DNA of 64,000 bases from Octopus sinensis (Eukaryota), in contig NC_043005.1 in NCBI RefSeq assembly GCF_006345805.1, positions 50,716,001-50,780,000 on the forward strand, in the 5' to 3' direction. Both the position numbers and the translations under genes were made by a program. Below, piece by piece: positions 54,325 to 64,000 of this stretch (positions are counted from its first letter, which is position 1; each line of letters opens with the position of its first letter). The notes beneath the pieces were generated by a model, which was not told where the DNA came from, ran no database searches, and saw only the letters and a list, made by a program, of their open reading frames with translations.

Positions 54325-55383
54325 TGATTTAAAATTTTGGTACAAGGCCAGCAATTTCAGGTAGTGGTGGTGGTGATGGGAGGTAAGTCGATTACATCGA
54401 TCCCAGTGCGTAACTGGTTCTTCTTCCATCGACCCCGAAAGATGAAATTCAAAGTCGACCACAGTAGAACTTGAACTCAGAACATAAAGACGGACGAAAT
54501 GCTGGTAAGTATTTTGCCCGGCGCGCTAACGATTGTATCAGCTCACTGACTTCCCTTGGGGGTTAATATATTCCTTTCTACTATGGGCACAAGGCTTGAA
54601 ATATCGAGCAAGTGGCTCGGCCGATTACATTGGCCTTAGTACGCAACTGGTACTTAATTTATCGAAACCCCGAAAGGATGAAAGGTAAAGTCGACCTCGG
54701 CGGAATTTGAACTCGGAACGTAGCGGCAGACGAAATACCTATTCCTTTACTACCCACAAGGGGATAAACACAGAGGGGACAAACAAGGACAGAGAAACGG
54801 ATTAAGTCGATTACATCGACCCCAGTGCGTAACTAGTACTTAATTTATCGACCCCGAAAAGATGAAAGGCAAAGTCGACCTCGGCGGAATTTGAACTCAG
54901 AACGTAACAGCAGACGAAATACCGCTACGCATTTCGCCTGGAGTGCTAACGTTTCTGCCAGTTGGCCACCTTTCGTAGCTAATACATTCCTTTCTGCTCT
55001 AGGCACAAGGCCTGAAATTTTGCGGGGTGTCAGTCGATTAGATCGACTCTAGTACGCAAGTGGTACTTAATTTATCAACTCCCGAAAGGATGAAAAGCAA
55101 AGCCTACCTCGGCGGAATTTGAACTCAGAACGTAAAGACAGACGAAATACCTATTTCTTTACTACCCACAATGGGCTTAACACAGAGAGGACAAACAAGG
55201 ACAGACGAACGGATTAAGTCGATTATATCGACCCCAGTGCGTAACTGGTACTTAATGTATAGACCCCGAAAGGATGAAAGGCAAAGTTGACCTCGGCGGA
55301 ATTTGAACTCAGAACGTAACGGCAGACGAAATGCCGCTAAGCATTTCGCCCCGGAGTGCTAACGTTTTTGCTAGCTCTCTGCC
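54325..55383 (-). mobile_element. SINE family B array: two composites (head-core-tail1-core-tail2) plus an older monomer
   Basis: Five copies of the core. The composite at 54989-55383 is flanked by tttcgtagctaata(c/t)att at 54971-54988 and 55384-55401. Confidence 0.92.
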
Positions 55384-55854
55384 TTTCGTAGCTAATATAT
55401 TGAACATCCTAATGCTGAATCATCATTTAGGTGAATAGAATTTGATTCCGATTTCTGTGTGAAATAGCTATCTACTGAAACTTTAAGTTATTAATTGCAA
55501 TTCTACTGCAATGTAAATGCCATTAATACTGTAAATTTTTAATAATGTAAACTTTTATTTATTTTTTTATATAAGATTTAAAACAATTTTTGTTCAAATA
55601 TTTGCCTTAACATTATCGCATAACACAAATATATAAAACACTTAAAGAAAATGTAAATTTTTTTTCTAAAATGTAAATTTCCATTAGAATATCTAAATGA
55701 TTTAACATTATATTAACAAGTTTATTAAATTCTTTATAGAATGCTATAAGTTCAAGCTTAATTGATAACAAATAATCGCAACAACAATAACAACAACAAC
55801 AACAACAATAATAAAATAATAATAATAATGATGATAATAATAATAATAATGATG

Positions 55855-55917
<63 letters not shown>

Positions 55918-55952
55918 TTAATAATAATAATAATAATAATAATAATGATAAT

Positions 55953-56690
<738 letters not shown>

Positions 56691-56706
56691 AATAATAATA
56701 ATAATG

Positions 56707-56757
<51 letters not shown>

Positions 56758-56759
56758 TA

Positions 56760-56790
<31 letters not shown>

Positions 56791-57751
56791 CGTTGACTAA
56801 ATTATAAATCGAGATTTTAAAAGAAAAACAAGAAAGAAAAAAACGAAATAGCTATATATTCTTTTCTGATGTTGAAGAAACGTAAAAAGATTGCCGTGAT
56901 GTTAATAACAGTGATAGTGGCAGTATTAATAGCAGCAGTAGTATTAATGTTATCGTCACTTATAACAACAATACTCTTAATGTTGTGGACACTACTACTT
57001 CCGGTAATTAACTTATTAATTAAAACTGTAAGGGCGTGTTTCTCATACTGCAATTGTACTATATAGTAAATCTATAATACCAGGTTATGTATAAATCAGC
57101 ATTGCATGTAAAACTCCATACACCTAACACATGTAAACGAAAGTCTATACAGTCTGTCAATAAGTAGATAAAAGATTCTAAGTCTAACCGGTTTCTTTCT
57201 TATATTCAATTATACATGCAGTCTAAGCCTATACATGTTCTACAGCAATAGATATTTGCTAGAGCACGGTTGTACTGCTATTTCTGGACATAGCTCAAGA
57301 CTGCTATGTCATATTTTATTGGTAGCAAGAAACGTGGTTGTTAGGAGAAAACAGCAATGTTTCCGTAACTAATGAAAAGAAAGCTCACGGGTCCATGTAC
57401 TATCAGCATCTTATTTATGAACAGGAAGAGACTTACAGTAATTCTTATCTATAAAAGTGTTTCAGAAAACCCGCTCTTACCAACATAGATAAAGGGGCGC
57501 CTTAAGCAGTGTATACTGAGATATTCAATATTATTATATATCAACGCCCGGTGATATAATCAGTTAAACGATTTCTTTTACGCTGGCGTATTCACAGCCA
57601 AAGAGATTGTAGGATTAAATAATCGACCTAACTTTACAAAAGATAGAAACCAACAACATAGTATATATGAATGGAAGGATAATTTGAAGTGTAGAATAAA
57701 TATTCTAAATAACACAGCAAGTAAAATAAGCCAGCTGGCTGTGAATGATTC

Positions 57752-57969
57752 TATTTCTTTACTACCCACAAGGGGCCAAACACAGAGGGGACAAACAAGG
57801 ACAGACAAACGGATTAAGTCGATCACATCGATCCCAGTGCGTAACTGGTACTTAATTTATCGACCCCCGAAAGGATGAAAGGCAAGGTCGACCTCGGAAC
57901 GTAACGGCAGACGAAATACTGCTATGCATTTCGCCCGGCGTGCTAACGTTTCTGCCAGCTCGCCGCCTT
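57752..57969 (-). mobile_element. SINE family B monomer with 18-bp TSD
   Basis: gctggctgtgaa(t/g)gattc at 57734-57751 and 57970-57987. Confidence 0.93.
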
Positions 57970-59029
57970 GCTGGCTGTGAAGGATTCGTACAGTAAACAA
58001 TAGAACTGCATCCTGTATGATGACATAAACAATGAAGAAACACGACTGTAAATACTTAAGTACTAAAATAATAGCCGGTTTAAATAAAAAATTTTATTTT
58101 TAATAACAGAGAAAAACTATGTGTCCTTAACCTAAATCTCTGAAAACATACTATAGAAGTATTAGCGGTAACAGCTAATACTTAATGCCCGTTAAGGAAA
58201 ATTTAGAAATATTTTGAAAACAAAGGTATGTAAATTATTATAGAAAATAAAGGACCGTTTCCGCAAAGCATAATGATATAAGAATGACTCGAGACTTGAT
58301 TCATACAACTTCGTGAACTCTAAAACTCTGATATCACAATCTTCAAACTCAATGATTGTTGACATATGGGAAATGAATTGCCAAACCCTATTTACTTTCA
58401 AAATTCATTTGAACTATTCCGACTATGTCTCTTTACTAGTAAGACGACAGTGATCTCCAAAGGAAAGAGTAACAGATAACCAGTTGTCTGGTAATAATTT
58501 ATAAACTTCTCTCTAAAATATTATCCAAAGGGAAGTAAAAACAAATTAATTTCTGTAGAGCAGGTGTATGTAACAAATTTCGACAGGAAAAGTGACCAGT
58601 TTCTTTTTAACAATATGGTACTGGGTGATGAGAAAGTAAGCAAAAGGAAACTTTCGTATGCTTGATAGATTACAGAAAAGCTTTTGATTCAGTTCCACAT
58701 CTAACTTATCCAAATACTGGAACTACATCAATTCAATGTGAAATAAAAATGAATTAGCAGATATTTCTTACGGTCGTTAACTACACCATGACTAAAAGCC
58801 CCATTTTTTCACTAATATCTATTGCAATATTCCAAAGCGATAGTGTATCTGGTCTTCATTTCATCTTTTGTTTGTTGAGCTAAACTGGCGAAAGAAAAAA
58901 GTAATTAATATCTAGTTATGTTCCTTTTAGTACAGCCGGAGTGAGTTTTCTTTTCACGTTTTCGGAGACGATAACTAAAGTTTTAGAGACGTTGTGAAAT
59001 TCACATATAATCATTTACTTCCCCTCTTC

Positions 59030-59270
59030 CACAATGTGTGACCTTGTTCCTATTTTAGGGATAAACTTTGGAACAAGGCCAACAGCTTCGCGGTAGGCGG
59101 TTGTCGATTACATCGACAGTGATCAACTGATACTTATTTTAGCGACCCCGAAGGATTAACGGTAAAGTCGACTTCGACGACGGAATTGGAACTTAAAACA
59201 TACGGACGGACAAAATACCGCTAAGCATTTTATCCGGTGTGCTAACGACTCTGCCAGCACACTGCCTTAT
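59030..59270 (-). mobile_element. SINE family B monomer (old)
   Basis: gcgaccccgaagga..aaagtcgacttcg...gtgctaacgactctgccagc. Confidence 0.75.
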
Positions 59271-59822
59271 CTTAGAAATAATATTATCATGGACAGTACA
59301 TAGCATTATTTCGTTGTCTTCATTTACACTCTGAGTTTAAATCCCATTGTGGTTGAATTAAACATTTATTTTCTGATACGCTGTGGGATCACATAACAGC
59401 AGTTCAGAATTGGCATTGACAAAATTGACTGAATTCCTTCGTCTCAAATGTACGTCTCTATAGGAATATATTTAGTGCGAGAGGTGTATAATCATATCTT
59501 TTTTATCGTCTAGTTGATCCAAACATTAGACTGCGGCCATGTTGGAGTATCGCATCGAGGAATGAATCGAGACTAGTACTTGTTTTATTTTTGCTTATTT
59601 TCATACCTGGTACATATCCTGTCTCTTTTGCCGAACCACTAAGTAACGAGGCCGTTTGATTGACAGGTGGTGGTGGTGCGATAACCACAAACACACATGC
59701 ACACACACACACACACATACATGTGCGTGTTTGTGTGTGTGTGTATGTGGATGTGTGCATAACTATATACATATATATAAATTTATATAAATAACTAATT
59801 TTAATATATATATATATATATA

Positions 59823-59998
59823 TAGCCACTACACATTCTTTATTTTCTCTCGTTGTTTCTTTCTGTGTACCTTTCTGTGGAAGAGCGTAGGTTCGAAACG
59901 TTAAAGACTTTTTCACTTCCCGAGCGTTAAACTAATACATCTATTTGTTGTCTACACCACCTGTCTTCGTCTTTTGTTTTTTTTTGTGAATTCTCCCT
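59823..59998 (+). mobile_element. Family P1 element with minimal hammerhead-like motif, between (TA)n tracts
   Basis: cttt(59871-74)-CTGTGGA-A-GAGC-gtag-GTTC-GAAA(59895-98)-CG-TT-aaag(59903-06). Confidence 0.75.
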
Positions 59999-60005
59999 AT
60001 ATATA

Positions 60006-60108
<103 letters not shown>

Positions 60109-60176
60109 TACATACATATATATATATACATAGATATACATATACATAAATATACATATACATATATATATATATC

Positions 60177-60215
<39 letters not shown>

Positions 60216-60240
60216 CTGTGTGTGTGTGTGTGTGTATATA

Positions 60241-60983
60241 CAGGTGCGGTCACTAAACTGTCGTCTAAATTACGCAAAACTGAAAATAACACTGACATCT
60301 CATTTTAATAGATATATTTACTAAAATTAAATAAAAATATCTTGAAACATTAATGAGTAAATTAATTCAATAAAATCGCCATTGGCTTCAACCACGGTCT
60401 CCCTGTTTAAGTTGGTGCCATAGTGTTACAAAGTGTTTTGTTGGTCTCCCACTCAACCGCACCCCACACATAATAATCAAGGTAGTTGTAGTGTGGTGAG
60501 TTAGGTGGCCAGATGTTTAGGGGTGATGTGATCGCAGAAATTGTTTGACAGCCATGACTATATTTCTCCTGCTTGTGTTGCATGATCCAGAGTTCTGTTG
60601 GCAGACACGGCGTGTTTCAGCAGTCACCCTCTGGACCCTGTGCAGCACGATCTCCTCCAGGTACCTGATGTAGGCCTCCTCCGTGTTGAGTCTGAGGCCG
60701 TGTGGGAAGATGAATGGAGGCATAACGTCGCCGTCACTAGCGATCACCCCATACAGCATGATGTTAGCTGGATATTTGATTTTTATCGCTTTCGGTATAT
60801 GTTTGTATAGGAGCTTTCGGCGCGAATGCCAAGTATTTCGTCGTTTCCAAATTTCTATCAGAGTGAATTGCGTCATGGTGCCTAACCGACCTCACTATAC
60901 TGTGTAGTCGATGAAATCAAAAACAACCAATGCACATGTGTGAAATAAAAAATATTATATGGCGACAATCTGCCAATCGCACC

Positions 60984-60986
<3 letters not shown>
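60241..60986 (-). mobile_element. Internally deleted maT-type Tc1/mariner element with both TIRs
   Basis: Ends ta|caggtgcggtcactaaactgtcg ... cgacaatctgccaatcgcaccctg|ta. Minus-strand peptides KYPANIMLYGVIASDGDVMPPFIF and WPPNSPHYNYLDYYVWG. Confidence 0.88.
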
Positions 60987-61051
<65 letters not shown>

Positions 61052-61852
61052 TATACATACACATATATACATATACATACTTGTGTGTGAGTGTGCATGA
61101 GTGTGTATGTGTGTGTGTGTGATCAATATTAAAAAGTATAAATGAAACTGTAAGTGGTAAAATCGATAGAACAAAGAACTAAAATACCTTGTGAATGTTT
61201 AGTTACTTAGCGTTAAGTTCTCAGCATTTCAAATCTTGCCGAAGTTTACATTACCCTTGAGCATTCTCGGGGGCGAATAAACTAAAGTACCAGTCAAGTC
61301 TTAGAAGTCACTTCCATTCCTTTATACAAAAGCTCCGCACCCTACGTCTTCATCTGAAACACGTGCGTATCCTTGTGTTGATACATGAAATCAATATTGT
61401 TAATGACAGTTGTAAAAAATACAATTTTTATTTTCATAAAAATGTAAATGGCTCAATATAACATCTCTCATAATAATTACTCTAATGAGAAATTTTTTAT
61501 TTTATCATGAATGTGTATGATATTGGACTTCTACCAACCTGAGGTGAGAATCAATATAAATGCAGGTTATGGAGAAGTTATTCAATGTTGGTGAGAACCA
61601 AGTAACTATTGTGTACAGATCTGAATGCTATTGTCGTATTCTACTTGAAAGGTTTCTGCACAAAACTCAGATATCAGATACAATATAATAGATTAAGGTA
61701 TAATTAATGAATATTAATACAGATTCTTACATTTTTGTTTCGAATTTAAATTTATTTTGTTTTTGTTTTTGAAGTACATATAATTTAAAATTCTTTAAAA
61801 AATACTTTGCTTTAAGGCATTCATTGGAAGTGTTTCTAATTCATATATTTGT

Positions 61853-61909
<57 letters not shown>

Positions 61910-62169
61910 ATATGGTTTCTCTAGTAAATGTTATTTATACATATATGTATATACACATGCGTACGCGCGCGCACATACAAGAATATCAAGTAAGAGACTG
62001 AATGGGTGTGTGTATATATATATATGTGTGTGTGTGTTTATCTATCTATTTATTTATATGGGTTTATGCATACATACATTCATACACACAGACACACATA
62101 TATACACATACATGCGTGTATATATGTATGTATATATGCATGTATATATATTATCTTTCATTCATTACT

Positions 62170-62765
62170 TCTTTTATTCATCAAACTGAGACCATGCTGG
62201 GGCACCACCTATTTCTTTACTACCCACAAGGGGCTAAACACAGAGAGGACAAACAAGGACAGACAAACGGATTAAGTCGATTATATCGACCCCAGTGCGT
62301 AACTGGTACTTATCTAATCGACCCCGGAAGGATGAAAGGCAAAGTCGACCTCGGCGGAATTTGAACTCAGAACGTAACGGCAGACGAAATACGGCTGCGT
62401 ATTTCGCGTGGCGTGCTAACGTTTCTGCCAGCTCGCCACCTGTCAGAATTTTAGCCGAGCGAATCGACCCCAGTGCTTTTGATTTTAAGCCTGGCACTTG
62501 TTTTATCGGTCTTTTGTGCCCAACTGCTATGTTACGGGAACCTAAATATGTCAACACTCGTTGTCAAGCGGCGGCAGGGGACAAACAGACACAAAGATAC
62601 AGACACAGAGACACCACACAAACACACACACACATACACATATATGCGATGGGCTTTCAGTTTCCGTCTATCAAATCTATTGTAAAGGCTGTGGTCCGCC
62701 CAAGTTTCCACACAATCGGATTGAACATGGAGCCATGCTGTTGGGAAACAAACTGCTTACCATAA
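62170..62765 (-). mobile_element. Old SINE A with a young SINE B (62208-62440) nested in it
   Basis: SINE A tail at 62170-62207 and body at 62448-62765. The intervening SINE B is flanked by ccacct. Confidence 0.85.
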
Positions 62766-64000
62766 AGCTGTATGGATAACAATGTATCTATGTATATATA
62801 TTCATTTATACATACATACATACATACATACATACATACATACATACATACATACATACATACATACATACATACATACATACGCATATGTATATGTAGA
62901 ACTGAATATAGAATATATATATTTTTTGGGTTTTTTTCTACTTTTTCTAGTAGCAAATTTAATTGCGTCTTGAACAAGCTTCTTCATATACATCAGTAGT
63001 AGCTTTCTCACTGGTAATGCTTTAACTGTATATTGCAAAAATGTAAGTCGTTTTTAACTAAATAAATTGCACTTCATATTCGAGGCTACGATGAAGCTAT
63101 AGGATGTTATTCAGACACTGAACTGAACGTCCACTGTAGCAGAAACATATGTAAGCTAATGAAGTTCATAACATGACCACTGATTTTCCTGTGTCATCTC
63201 GTCTTCTGATACATACACACACACATACATACATTGAGCAAAAATGAGCTAAGAGAAATAACTTGATGTAGCCAATGACATGAATTTCAACAAGAAAGAC
63301 TAACAAAAGTATATTAAATACAGTAGAAGAAAAATTCTTGTTTCATTGAAATATTCTTCGCTTCGTGAGAAGGTAAACTAACGTCTTGCATCGACTGGTG
63401 GCAATAGCGAACTACTTCTTCTCCCCGTCCAATTAGCTATGCCACTGCTTCGAGCAACATAGTGGAAAAGTGAAAAATATTTGATGTCATCGGGCGCTTT
63501 GGTGAAGTTAATGCACGTTGCAATATAGAATTAGGAGAATGTTTGACGTCGATTCAGACAGCTTTTGGATGTCACATCATATCATTTCGGCAGCATCTTT
63601 TTAACTAACAGGTGTCAAAGTTCATCCAGTGACCAAATCTTCACACACGAGGCACACAACACCACAAGACTAGGAAAACAACTTCTCGAGAAATACATGC
63701 CCAAAGAAGTAGCACAACTCAACCGCAACATGTCATCGCATGGAAGAATGAGTGCATATCAGTAGAAATCCATAATTATATATATTGGCAGAAAGCTCCA
63801 GGATGAGGGCAAGATTGCTAATCAAACAGTATATCGTAGACCAACAACCGGATCACCGGATCACTAGCTCTCACTTTCAAGTGTTTGCGTTTGCAATCGA
63901 GGAATAGAAAATAGCTACAAAATTCCTGATGCACAAAAGAGACAGGGACACAGGAAGAAGTGCAAAATGTAATTATCGATGCAAACTTTGTGGAGTCAAT

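Noticed and set aside
63560-63850. Possible RTE C-terminal remnant
   Set aside because: Too degenerate to call by eye.

Overview
This is AT-rich eukaryotic non-coding DNA (intronic or intergenic), dense in microsatellites. The SINE repertoire and the (TA)n/(TACA)n/(TAA)n/(TAGA)n tracts suggest an Octopus (coleoid cephalopod) genome; that is inferred from memory of these repeats, not checked. I found no intact host gene, and almost all listed ORFs are translations of simple repeats. The recognisable protein remnants are all transposon-derived: a CR1-group LINE RT (8.3-10 kb), a Penelope-like GIY-YIG endonuclease (6.1-7.1 kb), R4/Dong-type RT and endonuclease pieces, RTE 3' ends with C2H2 fingers, two maT-type Tc1/mariner elements and a pogo-like trace. 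There are also more than 30 tRNA-type SINE copies and several MITEs. The most notable signal is a set of eight hammerhead-ribozyme (HHR)-like motifs in several unrelated sequence contexts, all in elements abutting (TA)n tracts. They comprise: a ~555-nt tandem retrozyme-like repeat with one HHR per unit and a short inverted 5' segment (10.4-11.5 kb); two HHRs with very long stem II, one of them downstream of the Penelope GIY-YIG remnant; and four minimal Penelope-type HHRs in short non-autonomous elements, two sharing a non-canonical CUGUGGA core. Other notable patterns are a SINE/LINE 3' hairpin with compensatory changes, modular concatenated SINEs, and 2x2 shuffling of SINE cores and tails. 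A 100-N scaffold gap lies at 44144-44243.
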